A stretch of 64,000 nt of DNA from the human T2T-CHM13v2.0 reference genome, Homo sapiens (GCF_009914755.1 NC_060932.1), one strand, 5' to 3'. Shown: positions 40,201 to 55,300, numbered from the stretch's first letter. Notes: a model not told the origin generated them from the sequence alone. Numbers and translations: made by a program.

Positions 40201-43200
40201 AAGTAATCTCAGAAACATGTTTATGCTGTATCTACTCAACTAACTGTGCTGAACATTTCTATTGATAGAGCAGTTTTGAGACACTCTTCTTTTGGAATCT
40301 GCAAGTGGATATTTGGATAGATTTGAGGATTTCGTTGGAAACGGGATTATATATAAAAAGTAGACAGCAGCATTCTCAGAAACTTCTTTGTGATGTTTGC
40401 ATCCAGCTCTCAGAGTTGAACATTCCCTTTCATAGAGTAGGTTTGAAACCCTCTTTTTATAGTGTCTGGAAGCGGGCATTTGGAGCGCTTTCAGGCCTAT
40501 GCTTAAAATAGGAAATATCTACCTACAGAAACTAGACAGAAGCATTCTGAGAATCACGTTTGTGATGTGGGTACTCAACTAACAGTGTTGATCCATTCTT
40601 TTGATACAGCAGTTTTGAACCACACTTTTTGTAGAATCTGCAAGAGGATATTTGGATAGCTGTGAGGATTTCGTTGGAAACGGGAATGTCTTCAAAGAAA
40701 ATCTAGACAGAAGCATTCTCAGAAACACCTTCGTGATGTTTGCAATCAAGTCACAGAGTTGAACCTTCCGTTTCATAGAGCAGGTTGGAAACACTCTTAT
40801 TGTAGTATCTGGAAGTGGACATTTGGAGCGCTTTCAGGCCTATGGTGAAAAAGGAAATATCTTCCCATCAAAACGACATAGAAGCTATCTCAGGAACTTG
40901 TTTATGATGCATCTAATCAACTAACAGTGTTGAACCTTTGTACTGACAGAGCACTTTGAAACACTCTTTTTTTGGAATCTGCAAGTGGATATTTGGATCG
41001 CTTTGAGGATTTCGTTGGAAACGGGATGCAATATAAAACGTACACAGCAGCATACTCAGAAAATACTTTGCCATATTTCCATTCAAGTCACAGAGTGGAA
41101 CATTCCCATTCATAGAGCAGGTTGGAAACACTCTTTTTGGAGTATCTGGAAGTGGACATTTGGAGCGCTTTCTGAACTATGGTGAAAAAGGAAATATCTT
41201 CCAATGAAAACAAGACAGAAGCATTCTGAGAAACTTATTTGTGATGTGTGTCCTCAACAAACGGACTTGAACCTTTCGTTTCATGCAGTACTTCTGGAAC
41301 ACTCTTTTTGAAGATTCTGCATGCGGATATTTGGATAGCTTTGAGGATTTCGTTGGAAACGGGCTTACATGTAAAAATTAGACAGCAGCATTCTCAGAAA
41401 CTTCTTTGTGGTGTCTGCATTCAAGTCACAGAATTGAACTTCCCCTCACATAGAGCAGTTGTGCAGCACTCTATTTGTAGTATCTGGAAGTGGACATTTG
41501 GAGGGCTTTGTAGCCTATCTGGAAAAAGGAAATATCTTCCCATGAATGCGAGATAGAAGTAATCTCAGAAACATGTTTATGCTGTATCTACTCAACTAAC
41601 TGTGCTGAACATTTCTATTGATAGAGCAGTTTTGAGACCCTCTTCTTTTGGAATCTGCAAGTGGATATTTGGATAGATTTGAGGATTTCGTTGGAAACGG
41701 GATTATATATAAAAAGTAGACAGCAGCATTCTCAGAAACTTCTTTGTGATGTTTGCATCCAGCTCTCAGAGTTGAACATTCCCTTTCATAGAGTAGGTTT
41801 GAAACCCTCTTTTTATAGTGTCTGGAAGCGGGCATTTGGAGCGCTTTCAGGCCTATGCTGAAAAAGGAGATATCTACCTATAGAAACTAGACAGAAGCAT
41901 TCTGAGAATCACGTTTGTGATGTGGGTACTCAACTAACAGTGTTGATCCATTCTTTTGATACAGCAGTTTTGAACCACACTTTTTGTAGAATCTGCAAGT
42001 GGATATTTGGATAGCTGTGAGGATTTCGTTGGAAACGGGAATGTCTTCATAGAAAATTTAGACAGAAGCATTCTCAGAACCTTGATTGTGATGTGTGTTC
42101 TCCACTAACAGAGTTGAACCTTTCTTTTGACAGAACTGTTCTGAAACATTCTTTTTATAGAATCTGGAAGTGGATATTTGGAAAGCTTTGAGGATTTCGT
42201 TGGAAACGGGAATATCTTCAAATAAAATCTAGCCAGAAGCATTCTAAGAAACATCTTAGGGATGTTTACATTCAAGTCACAGAGTTGAACATTCCCTTTC
42301 ACAGAGCAGGTTTGAAACAATCTTCTCGTACTATCTGGCAGTGGACATTTTGAGCTCTTTGGGGCCTATGCTGAAAAAGGAAATATCTTCCGACAAAAAC
42401 TAGACAGAAGCATTCGCAGAATCACGTTTGTGATGTGTGCACTCAACTGTCAGAATTGAACCTTGGTTTGGAGAGAGCACTTTTGAAACACTCTTTTTGT
42501 AGAATCTGCAGGTGGATATTTGGCTAGCTTTGAGGATTTCGTTGGAAACGGTAATGTCTTCAAAGAAAATCTAGACAGAAGCATTCTCAGAAACACCTTC
42601 GTGATGTTTGCAATCAAGTCACAGAGTTGAACCTTCCGTTTCATAGAGCAGGTTGGAAACACACTTTTTGTAGTATCTGGAAGTGGACATTTGGAGGGCT
42701 TTGTAGCCTATCTGGAAAAAGGAAATATCTTCCCATGAATGCGAGATAGAAGTAATCTCAGAAACATGTTTATGCTGTATCTACTCAACTAACTGTGCTG
42801 AACATTTCTATTGATAGAGCAGTTTTGAGACACTCTTCTTTTGGAATCTGCAAGTGGATATTTGGATAGATTTGAGGATTTCGTTGGAAACGGGATTATA
42901 TATAAAAAGTAGACAGCAGCATTCTCAGAAACTTCTTTGTGATGTTTGCATCTAGCTCCCAGAGTTGAACATTCCCTTTCATAGAGTAGGTTTGAAACCC
43001 TCTTTTTATAGTGTCTGGAAGCGGGCATTTGGAGCGCTTTCAGGCCTATGCTGAAAAAGGAAATATCTACCTATAGAAACTAGACAGAAGCATTCTGAGA
43101 ATCACGTTTGTGATGTGGGTACTCAACTAACAGTGTTGATCCATTCTTTTGATACAGCAGTTTTGAACCACACTTTTTGTAGAATCTGCAAGTGGATATT

Positions 43201-45300
43201 TGGATAGCTGTGAGGATTTCGTTGGAAACGGGAATGTCTTCATAGAAAATTTAGACAGAAGCATTCTCAGAACCTTGATTGTGATGTGTGTTCTCCACTA
43301 ACAGAGTTGAACCTTTCTTTTGACAGAACTGTTCTGAAACATTCTTTTTATAGAATCTGGAAGTGGATATTTGGAAAGCTTTGAGGATTTCGTTGGAAAC
43401 GGGAATATCTTCAAATCAAATCTAGCCAGAAGCATTCTAAGAAACAGCTTAGGGATGTTTACATTCAAGTCACAGAGTTGAACATTCCCTTTCACAGAGC
43501 AGGTTTGAAACAATCTTCTCGTACTATCTGGCAGTGGACATTTTGAGCTCCTTGGGGCCTATGCTGAAAAAGGAAATATCTTCCGACAAAAACTAGACAG
43601 AAGCATTCGCAGAATCACGTTTGTGATGTGTGCACTCAACTGTCAGAATTGAACCTTGGTTTGGAGAGAGCACTTTTGAAGCACTCTTTTTGTAGAATCT
43701 GCAGGTGGATATTTGGCTAGCTTTGAGGATTTCGTTGGAAACGGTAATGTCTTCAAAGAAAATCTAGACAGAAGCATTCTCAGAAACACCTTCGTGATGT
43801 TTGCAATCAAGTCACAGAGTTGAACCTTCCGTTTCATAGAGCAGGTTGGAAACACTCTTTTTGTAGTATCTGGAAGTGGACATTTGGAGGGCTTTGTAGC
43901 CTATCTGGAAAAAGGAAATATCTTCCCATGAATGCGAGATAGAAGTAATCTCAGAAACATGTTTATGCTGTATCTACTCAACTAACTGTGCTGAACATTT
44001 CTATTGATAGAGCAGTTTTGAGACACTCTTCTTTTGGAATCTGCAAGTGGATATTTGGATAGATTTGAGGATTTCGTTGGAAACGGGATTATATATCAAA
44101 AGTAGACAGCAGCATTCTCAGAAACTTCTTTGTGATGTTTGCATCCAGCTCTCAGAGTTGAACATTCCCTTTCATAGAGTAGGTTTGAAACCCTCTTTTT
44201 ATAGTGTCTGGAAGCGGGCATTTGGAGCGCTTTCAGGCCTATGCTTAAAATAGGAAATATCTACCTACAGAAACTAGACAGAAGCATTCTGAGAATCACG
44301 TTTGTGATGTGGGTACTCAACTAACAGTGTTGATCCATTCTTTTGATACAGCAGTTTTGAACCACACTTTTTGTAGAATCTGCAAGAGGATATTTGGATA
44401 GCTGTGAGGATTTCGTTGGAAACGGGAATGTCTTCAAAGAAAATCTAGACAGAAGCATTCTCAGAAACACCTTCGTGATGTTTGCAATCAAGTCACAGAG
44501 TTGAACCTTCCGTTTCATAGAGCAGGTTGGAAACACTCTTATTGTAGTATCTGGAAGTGGACATTTGGAGCGCTTTCAGGCCTATGGTGAAAAAGGAAAT
44601 ATCTTCCCATAAAAACGACATAGAAGCTATCTCAGGAACTTGTTTATGATGCATCTAATCAACCAACAGTGTTGAACCTTTGTACTGACAGAGCACTTTG
44701 AAACACTCTTTTTTTGGAATCTGCATGTGGATATTTGGATCGCTTTGAGGATTTCGTTGGAAACGGGATGCAATATAAAACGTACACAGCAGCATACTCA
44801 GAAAATACTTTGCCATATTTCCATTCAAGTCACAGAGTGGAACATTCCCATTCATAGAGCAGGTTGGAAACACTCTTTTTGGAGTATCTGGAAGTGGACA
44901 TTTGGAGCGCTTTCTGAACTATGGTGAAAAAGGAAATATCTTCCAATGAAAACAAGACAGAAGCATTCTGAGAAACTTATTTGTGATGTGTGTCCTCAAC
45001 AAACGGACTTGAACCTTTCGTTTCATGCAGTACTTCTGGAACACTCTTTTTGAAGATTCTGCATGCGGATATTTGGATAGCTTTGAGGATTTCGTTGGAA
45101 ACGGGCTTACATGTAAAAATTAGACAGCAGCATTCTCAGAAACTTCTTTGTGGTGTCTGCATTCAAGTCACAGAATTGAACTTCCCCTCACATAGAGCAG
45201 TTGTGCAGCACTCTATTTGTAGTATCTGGAAGTGGACATTTGGAGGGCTTTGTAGCCTATCTGGAAAAAGGAAATATCTTCCCATGAATGCGAGATAGAA
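25235..45300 (+). repeat. (7,7,8)x2, 8, (7,7,8)x3: region of 3742-bp super-repeats
   Basis: Anchors 25272, 26465, 27658, 29014, 30207, 31400, 32756, 34112, 35305, 36498, 37854, 39047, 40240, 41596, 42789, 43982, 45338 (29014 and 43982 read from sequence because SNPs break the anchor ORF there). Confidence 0.93.
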
Positions 45301-48300
45301 GTAATCTCAGAAACATGTTTATGCTGTATCTACTCAACTAACTGTGCTGAACATTTCTATTGATAGAGCAGTTTTGAGACACTCTTCTTTTGGAATCTGC
45401 AAGTGGATATTTGGATAGATTTGAGGATTTCGTTGGAAACGGGATTATATATAAAAAGTAGACAGCAGCATTCTCAGAAACTTCTTTGTGATGTTTGCAT
45501 ATAGCTCTCAGAGTTGAACACTCCCTTTCATAGAGTAGGTTTGAAACCCTCTTTTTATAGTGTCTGGAAGCGGGCATTTTGAGCGCTTTCAGGCCTATGC
45601 TTAAAATAGGAAATATCTACCTATAGAAACTAGACAGAAGCATTCTGAGAATCACGTTTGTGATGTGGGTACTCAACTAACAGTGTTGATCCATTCTTTT
45701 GATACAGCAGTTTTGAACCACACTTTTTGTAGAATCTGCAAGAGGATATTTGGATAGCTGTGAGGATTTCGTTGGAAACGGGAATGTCTTCAAAGAAAAT
45801 CTAGACAGAAGCATTCTCAGAAACACCTTCGTGATGTTTGCAATCAAGTCACAGAGTTGAACCTTCCGTTTCATACAGCAGGTTGGAAACACTCTTATTG
45901 TAGTATCTGGAAGGGGACATTTGGAGCGCTTTCAGGCCTATGGTGAAAAAGGAAATATCTTCCCATAAAAACGACATAGAAGCTGTCTCAGGAACTTGTT
46001 TATGATGCATCTAATCAACTAACAGTGTTGAACCTTTGTACTGACAGAGCAGTTTGAAACACTCTTTTTTTGGAATCTGCAAGTGGATATTTGGATCGCT
46101 TTGAGGATTTCGTTGGAAACGGGATGCAATATAAAACGTACACAGCAGCATACTCAGAAAATACTTTGCCATATTTCCATTCAAGTCACAGAGTGGAACA
46201 TTCCCATTCATAGAGCAGGTTTGAAACACTCTTTTTGGAGTATCTGGAAGTGGACATTTGGAGCGCTTTCTGAACTATGGTGAAAAAGGAAATATCTTCC
46301 AATGAAAACAAGACAGAAGCATTCTGAGAAACTTATTTGTGATGTGTGTCCTCAACAAACGGACTTGAACCTTTCGTTTCATGCAGTACTTCTGGAACAC
46401 TCTTTTTGAAGATTCTGCATGCGGATATTTGGATAGCTTTGAGGATTTCGTTGGAAACGGGCTTACATGTAAAAATTAGACAGCAGCATTCTCAGAAACT
46501 TCTTTGTGGTGTCTGCATTCAAGTCACAGAATTGAACTTCCCCTCACATAGAGCAGTTGTGCAGCACTCTATTTGTAGTATCTGGAAGTGGACATTTGGA
46601 GGGCTTTGTAGCCTATCTGGAAAAAGGAAATATCTTCCCATGAATGCGAGATAGAAGTAATCTGAGAAACATGTTTATGCTGTATCTACTCAACTAACTG
46701 TGCTGAACATTTCTATTGATAGAGCAGTTTTGAGACACTCTTCTTTTGGAATCTGCAAGTGGATATTTGGATAGATTTGAGGATTTCGTTGGAAACGGGA
46801 TTATATATAAAAAGTAGACAGCAGCATTCTCAGAAACTTCTTTGTGATGTTTGCATCCAGCTCTCAGAGTTGAACATTCCCTTTCATAGAGTAGGTTTGA
46901 AACCCTCTTTTTATAGTGTCTGGAAGCGGGCATTTGGAGCGCTTTCAGGCCTATGCTTAAAATAGGAAATATCTACCTACAGAAACTAGACAGAAGCATT
47001 CTGAGAATCACGTTTGTGATGTGGGTACTCAACTAACAGTGTTGATCCATTCTTTTGATAAAGCAGTTTTGAACCACACTTTTTGTAGAATCTGCAAGAG
47101 GATATTTGGATAGCTGTGAGGATTTCGTTGGAAACGGGAATGTCTTCAAAGAAAATCTAGACAGAAGCATTCTCAGAAACACCTTCGTGATGTTTGCAAT
47201 CAAGTCACAGAGTTGAACCTTCCGTTTCATAGAGCAGGTTGGAAACACTCTTATTGTAGTATCTGGAAGTGGACATTTGGAGCGCTTTCAGGCCTATGGT
47301 GAAAAAGGAAATATCTTCCCATAAAAACGACATAGAAGCTATCTCAGGAACTTGTTTATGATGCATCTAATCAACTAACAGTGTTGAACCTTTGTACTGA
47401 CAGAGCAGTTTGAAACACTCTTTTTTTGGAATCTGCAAGTGGATATTTGGATCACTTTGAGGATTTCGTTGGAAACGGGATGCAATATAAAACGTACACA
47501 GCAGCATACTCAGAAAATACTTTGCCATGTTTCCATTCAAGTCACAGAGTGGAACATTCCCATTCATAGAGCAGGTTGGAAACACTCTTTTTGGAGTATC
47601 TGGAAGTGGACATTTGGAGCGCTTTCTGAACTATGGTGAAAAAGGAAATATCTTCCAATGAAAACAAGACAGAAGCATTCTGAGAAACTTATTTGTGATG
47701 TGTGTCCTCAACAAACGGACTTGAACCTTTCGTTTCATGCAGTACTTCTGGAACACTCTTTTTGAAGATTCTGCATGCGGATATTTGGATAGCTTTGAGG
47801 ATTTCGTTGGAAACGGGCTTACATGTAAAAATTAGACAGCAGCATTCTCAGAAACTTCTTTGTGGTGTCTGCATTCAAGTCACAGAATTGAACTTCCCCT
47901 CACATAGAGCAGTTGTGCAGCACTCTATTTGTAGTATCTGGAAGTGGACATTTGGAGGGCTTTGTAGCCTATCTGGAAAAAGGAAATATCTTCCCATGAA
48001 TGCGAGATAGAAGTAATCTCAGAAACATGTTTATGCTGTATCTACTCAACTAACTGTGCTGAACATTTCTATTGATAGAGCAGTTTTGAGACACTCTTCT
48101 TTTGGAATCTGCAAGTGGATATTTGGATAGATTTGAGGATTTCGTTGGAAACGGGATTATATATAAAAAGTAGACAGCAGCATTCTCAGAAACTTCTTTG
48201 TGATGTTTGCATCCAGCTCTCAGAGTTGAACATTCCCTTTCATAGAGTAGGTTTGAAACCCTCTTTTTATAGTGTCTGGAAGCGGGCATTTGGAGCGCTT

Positions 48301-49368
48301 TCAGGCCTATGCTTAAAATAGGAAATATCTACCTACAGAAACTAGACAGAAGCATTCTGAGAATCACGTTTGTGATGTGGGTACTCAACTAACAGTGTTG
48401 ATCCATTCTTTTGTTACAGCAGTTTTGAACCACACTTTTTGTAGAATCTGCAAGAGGATATTTGGATAGCTGTGAGGATTTCGTTGGAAACGGTAATGTC
48501 TTCAAAGAAAATCTAGACAGAAGCATTCTCAGAAACACCTTCGTGATGTTTGCAATCAAGTCACAGAGTTGAACCTTCCGTTTCATAGAGCAGGTTGGAA
48601 ACACTCTTATTGTAGTATCTGGAAGTGGACATTTGGAGCGCTTTCAGGCCTATGGTGAAAAAGGAAATATCTTCCCATAAAAACGACATAGAAGCTATCT
48701 CAGGAACTTGTTTATGATGCATCTAATCAACTAACAGTGTTGAACCTTTGTACTGACAGAGCACTTTGAAACACTCTTTTTTTGGAATCTGCAAGTGGAT
48801 ATTTGGATCGCTTTGAGGATTTCGTTGGAAACGGGATGCAATATAAAACGTACACAGCAGCATACTCAGAAAATACTTTGCCATATTTCCATTCAAGTCA
48901 CAGAGTGGAACATTCCCATTCATAGAGCAGGTTGGAAACACTCTTTTTGGAGTATCTGGAAGTGGACATTTGGAGCGCTTTCTGAACTATGGTGAAAAAG
49001 GAAATATCTTCCAATGAAAACAAGACAGAAGCATTCTGAGAAACTTATTTGTGATGTGTGTCCTCAACAAACGGACTTGAACCTTTCGTTTCATGCAGTA
49101 CTTCTGGAACACTCTTTTTGAAGATTCTGCATGCGGATATTTGGATAGCTTTGAGGATTTCGTTGGAAACGGGCTTACATGTAAAAATTAGACAGCAGCA
49201 TTCTCAGAAACTTCTTTGTGGTGTCTGCATTCAAGTCACAGAATTGAACTTCCCCTCACATAGAGCAGTTGTGCAGCACTCTATTTGTAGTATCTGGAAG
49301 TGGACATTTGGAGGGCTTTGTAGCCTATCTGGAAAAAGGAAATATCTTCCCATGAATGCGAGATAGAA
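43945..49368 (+). repeat. 4 x 8-mer HOR (first unit shared with the preceding 7-7-8)
   Basis: Anchors 43982, 45338, 46694, 48050, 49406. Confidence 0.95.
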
Positions 49369-52300
49369 GTAATCTCAGAAACATGTTTATGCTGTATCTA
49401 CTCAACTAACTGTGCTGAACATTTCTATTGATAGAGCAGTTTTGAGACACTCTTCTTTTGGAATCTGCAAGTGGATATTTGGATAGATTTGAGGATTTCG
49501 TTGGAAACGGGATTATATATAAAAAGTAGACAGCAGCATTCTCAGAAACTTCTTTGTGATGTTTGCATCCAGCTCTCAGAGTTGAACATTCCCTTTCATA
49601 GAGTAGGTTTGAAACCCTCTTTTTATAGTGTCTGGAAGCGGGCATTTGGAGCGCTTTCAGGCCTATGCTGAAAAAGGAAATATCTACATATAGAAACTAG
49701 ACAGAAGCATTCTGAGAATCAAGTTTGTGATGTGGGTACTCAACTAACAGTGTTGATCCATTCTTTTGATACAGCAGTTTTGAACCACACTTTTTGTAGA
49801 ATCTGCAAGTGGATATTTGGATAGCTGTGAGGATTTCGTTGGAAACGGGAATGTCTTCATAGAAAATTTAGACAGAAGCATTCTCAGAACCTTGATTGTG
49901 ATGTGTGTTCTCCACTAACAGAGTTGAACCTTTCTTTTGACAGAACTGTTCTGAAACATTCTTTTTATAGAATCTGGAAGTGGATATTTGGAAAGCTTTG
50001 AGGATTTCGTTGGAAACGGGAATATCTTCAAATAAAATCTAGCCAGAAGCATTCTAAGAAACATCTTAGGGATGTTTACATTCAAGTCACAGAGTTGAAC
50101 ATTCCCTTTCACAGAGCAGGTTTGAAACAATCTTCTCGTACTATCTGGCAGTGGACATTTTGAGCTCTTTGGGGCCTATGCTGAAAAAGGAAATATCTTC
50201 CGACAAAAACTAGACAGAAGCATTCGCAGAATCACGTTTGTGATGTGTGCACTCAACTGTCAGAATTGAACCTTGGTTTGGAGAGAGCACTTTTGAAACA
50301 CACTTTTTGTAGAATCTGCAGGTGGATATTTGGCTAGCTTTGAGGATTTCGTTGGAAACGGTAATGTCTTCAAAGAAAATCTAGACAGAAGCATTCTCAG
50401 AAACACCTTCGTGATGTTTGCAATCAAGTCACAGAGTTGAACCTTCCGTTTCATAGAGCAGGTTGGAAACACACTTTTTGTAGTATCTGGAAGTGGACAT
50501 TTGGAGGGCTTTGTAGCCTATCTGGAAAAAGGAAATATCTTCCCATGAATGCGAGATAGATGTAATCTCAGAAACATGTTTATGCTGTATCTACTCAACT
50601 AACTGTGCTGAACATTTCTATTGATAGAGCAGTTTTGAGACACTCTTCTTTTGGAATCTGCAAGTGGATATTTGGATAGATTTGAGGATTTCGTTGGAAA
50701 CGGGATTATATATAAAAAGTAGACAGCAGCATTCTCAGAAACTTCTTTGTGATGTTTGCATCCAGCTCTCAGAGTTGAACATTCCCTTTCATAGAGTAGG
50801 TTTGAAACCCTCTTTTTATAGTGTCTGGAAGCGGGCATTTGGAGCGCTTTCAGGCCTATGCTGAAAAAGGAAATATCTACCTATAGAAACTAGACAGAAG
50901 CATTCTGAGAATCACGTTTGTGATGTGGGTACTCAACTAACAGTGTTGATCCATTCTTTTGATACAGCAGTTTTGAACCACACTTTTTGTAGAATCTGCA
51001 AGTGGATATTTGGATAGCTGTGAGGATTTCGTTGGAAACGGGAATGTCTTCATAGAAAATTTAGACAGAAGCATTCTCAGAACCTTGATTGTGATGTGTG
51101 TTCTCCACTAACAGAGTTGAACCTTTCTTTTGACAGAACTGTTCTGAAACATTCTTTTTATAGAATCTGGAAGTGGATATTTGGAAAGCTTTGAGGATTT
51201 CGTTGGAAACGGGAATATCTTCAAATCAAATCTAGCCAGAAGCATTCTAAGAAACAGCTTAGGGATGTTTACATTCAAGTCACAGAGTTGAACATTCCCT
51301 TTCACAGAGCAGGTTTGAAACAATCTTCTCGTACTATCTGGCAGTGGACATTTTGAGCTCCTTGGGGCCTATGCTGAAAAAGGAAATATCTTCCGACAAA
51401 AACTAGACAGAAGCATTCGCAGAATCACGTTTGTGATGTGTGCACTCAACTGTCAGAATTGAACCTTGGTTTGGACAGAGCACTTTTGAAACACTCTTTT
51501 TGTAGAATCTGCAGGTGGATATTTGGCTAGCTTTGAGGATTTCGTTGGAAACGGTAATGTCTTCAAAGAAAATCTAGACAGAAGCATTCTCAGAAACACC
51601 TTCGTGATGTTTGCAATCAAGTCACAGAGTTGAACCTTCCGTTTCATAGAGCAGGTTGGAAACACTCTTTTTGTAGTATCTGGAAGTGGACATTTGGAGT
51701 GCTTTCAGGCCTATGGTGAAAAAGGAAATATCTTCCCATAAAAACGACATAGAAGCTATCTCAGGAACTTGTTTATGATGCATCTAATCAACTAACAGTG
51801 TTGAACCTTTGTACTGACAGAGCAGTTTGAAACACTCTTTTTTTGGAATCTGCAAGTGGATATTTGGATCGCTTTGAGGATTTCGTTGGAAACGGGATGC
51901 AATATAAAACGTACACAGCAGCATACTCAGAAAATACTTTGCCATATTTCCATTCAAGTCACAGAGTGGAACATTCCCATTCATAGAGCAGGTTGGAAAC
52001 ACTCTTTTTGGAGTATCTGGAAGTGGACATTTGGAGCGCTTTCTGAACTATGGTGAAAAAGGAAATATCTTCCAATGAAAACAAGACAGAAGCATTCTGA
52101 GAAACTTATTTGTGATGTGTGTCCTCAACAAACGGACTTGAACCTTTCGTTTCATGCAGTACTTCTGGAACACTCTTTTTGAAGATTCTGCATGCGGATA
52201 TTTGGATAGCTTTGAGGATTTCGTTGGAAACGGGCTTACATGTAAAAATTAGACAGCAGCATTCTCAGAAACTTCTTTGTGGTGTCTGCATTCAAGTCAC

Positions 52301-55300
52301 AGAATTGAACTTCCCCTCACATAGAGCAGTTGTGCAGCACTATATTTGTAGTATCTGGAAGTGGACATTTGGAGGGCTTTGTAGCCTATCTGGAAAAAGG
52401 AAATATCTTCCCATGAATGCGAGATAGAAGTAATCTCAGAAACATGTTTATGCTGTATCTACTCAACTAACTGTGCTGAACATTTCTATTGATAGAGCAG
52501 TTTTGAGACCCTCTTCTTTTGGAATCTGCAAGTGGATATTTGGATAGATTTGAGGATTTCGTTGGAAACGGGATTATATATAAAAAGTAGACAGCAGCAT
52601 TCTCAGAAACTTCTTTGTGATGTTTGCATCCAGCTCTCAGAGTTGAACATTCCCTTTCATAGAGTAGGTTTGAAACCCTCTTTTTATAGTGTCTGGAAGC
52701 GGGCATTTGGAGCGCTTTCAGGCCTATGCTGAAAAAGGAAATATCTACATATAGAAACTAGACAGAAGCATTCTGAGAATCAAGTTTGTGATGTGGGTAC
52801 TCAACTAACAGTGTTGATCCATTCTTTTGATACAGCAGTTTTGAACCACACTTTTTGTAGAATCTGCAAGTGGATATTTGGATAGCTGTGAGGATTTCGT
52901 TGGAAACGGGAATGTCTTCATAGAAAATTTAGACAGAAGCATTCTCAGAACCTTGATTGTGATGTGTGTTCTCCACTAACAGAGTTGAACCTTTCTTTTG
53001 ACAGAACTGTTCTGAAACATTCTTTTTATAGAATCTGGAAGTGGATATTTGGAAAGCTTTGAGGATTTCGTTGGAAACGGGAATATCTTCAAATAAAATC
53101 TAGCCAGAAGCATTCTAAGAAACATCTTAGGGATGTTTACATTCAAGTCACAGAGTTGAACATTCCCTTTCACAGAGCAGGTTTGAAACAATCTTCTCGT
53201 ACTATCTGGCAGTGGACATTTTGAGCTCTTTGGGGCCTATGCTGAAAAAGGAAATATCTTCCGACAAAAACTAGTCAGAAGCATTCGCAGAATCACGTTT
53301 GTGATGTGTGCACTCAACTGTCAGAAGTGAACCTTGGTTTGGAGAGAGCACTTTTGAAACACACTTTTTGTAGAATCTGCAGGTGGATATTTGGCTAGCT
53401 TTGAGGATTTCGTTGGAAACGGTAATGTCTTCAAAGAAAATCTAGACAGAAGCATTCTCAGAAACACCTTCGTGATGTTTGCAATCAAGTCACAGAGTTG
53501 AACCTTCCGTTTCATAGAGCAGGTTGGAAACACACTTTTTGTAGTATCTGGAAGTGGACATTTGGAGGGCTTTGTAGCCTATCTGGAAAAAGGAAATATC
53601 TTCCCATGAATGCGAGATAGATGTAATCTCAGAAACATGTTTATGCTGTATCTACTCAACTAACTGTGCTGAACATTTCTATTGATAGAGCAGTTTTGAG
53701 ACACTCTTCTTTTGGAATCTGCAAGTGGATATTTGGATAGATTTGAGGATTTCGTTGGAAACGGGATTATATATAAAAAGTAGACAGCAGCATTCTCAGA
53801 AACTTCTTTGTGATGTTTGCATCCAGCTCTCAGAGTTGAACATTCCCTTTCATAGAGTAGGTTTGAAACCCTCTTTTTATAGTGTCTAGAAGCGGGCATT
53901 TGGAGCGCTTACAGGCCTATTCTTAAAATAGGAAATATCCACCTACAGAAACTAGACAGAAGCATTCTGAGAATCACGTTTGTGATGTGGGTACTCAACT
54001 AACAGTGTTGATCCATTCTTTTGATACAGCAGTTTTGAACCACACTTTTTGTAGAATCTGCAAGTGGATATTTGGATAGCTGTGAGGATTTCGTTGGAAA
54101 CGGGAATGTCTTCATAGAAAATTTAGACAGAAGCATTCTCAGAACCTTGATTGTGATGTGTGTTCTCCACTAACAGAGTTGAACCTTTCTTTTGACAGAA
54201 CTGTTCTGAAACATTCTTTTTATAGAATCTGAAAGTGGATATTTGGAAAGCTTTGAGGATTTCGTTGGAAACGGGAATATCTTCAAATCAAATCTAGCCA
54301 GAAGCATTCTAAGAAACATCTTAGGGATGTTTACATTCAAGTCACAGAGTTGAACATTCCCTTTCACAGAGCAGGTTTGAAACAATCTTCTCGTACTATC
54401 TGGCAGTGGACATTTTGAGCTCCTTGGGGCCTATGCTGAAAAAGGAAATATCTTCCGACAAAAACTAGACAGAAGCATTCGCAGAATCACGTTTGTGATG
54501 TGTGCACTCAACTGTCAGAATTGAACCTTGGTTTGGACAGAGCACTTTTGAAACACTCTTTTTGTAGAATCTGCAGGTGGATATTTGGCTAGCTTTGAGG
54601 ATTTCGTTGGAAACGGTAATGTCTTCAAAGAAAATCTAGACAGAAGCATTCTCAGAAACACCTTCGTGATGTTTGCAATCAAGTCACAGAGTTGAACCTT
54701 CCGTTTCATAGAGCAGGTTGGAAACACTCTTTTTGTAGTATCTGGAAGTGGACATTTGGAGCACTTTCAGGCCTATGGTGAAAAAGGAAATATCTTCCCA
54801 TAAAAACGACATAGAAGCTATCTCAGGAACTTGTTTATGATGCATCTAATCAACTAACAGTGTTGAACCTTTGTACTGACAGAGCAGTTTGAAACACTCT
54901 TTTTTTGGAATCTGCAAGTGGATATTTGGATCGCTTTGAGGATTTCGTTGGAAACGGGATGCAATATAAAACGTACACAGCAGCATACTCAGAAAATACT
55001 TTGCCATATTTCCATTCAAGTCACAGAGTGGAACATTCCCATTCATAGAGCAGGTTTGAAACACTCTTTTTGGAGTATCTGGAAGTGGACATTTGGAGCG
55101 CTTTCTGAACTATGGTGAAAAAGGAAATAACTTCCAATGAAAACAAGACAGAAGCATTCTGAGAAACTTATTTGTGATGTGTGTCCTCAACAAACGGACT
55201 TGAACCTTTCGTTTCATGCAGTACTTCTGGAACACTCTTTTTGAAGATTCTGCATGCGGATATTTGGATAGCTTTGAGGATTTCGTTGGAAACGGGCTTA

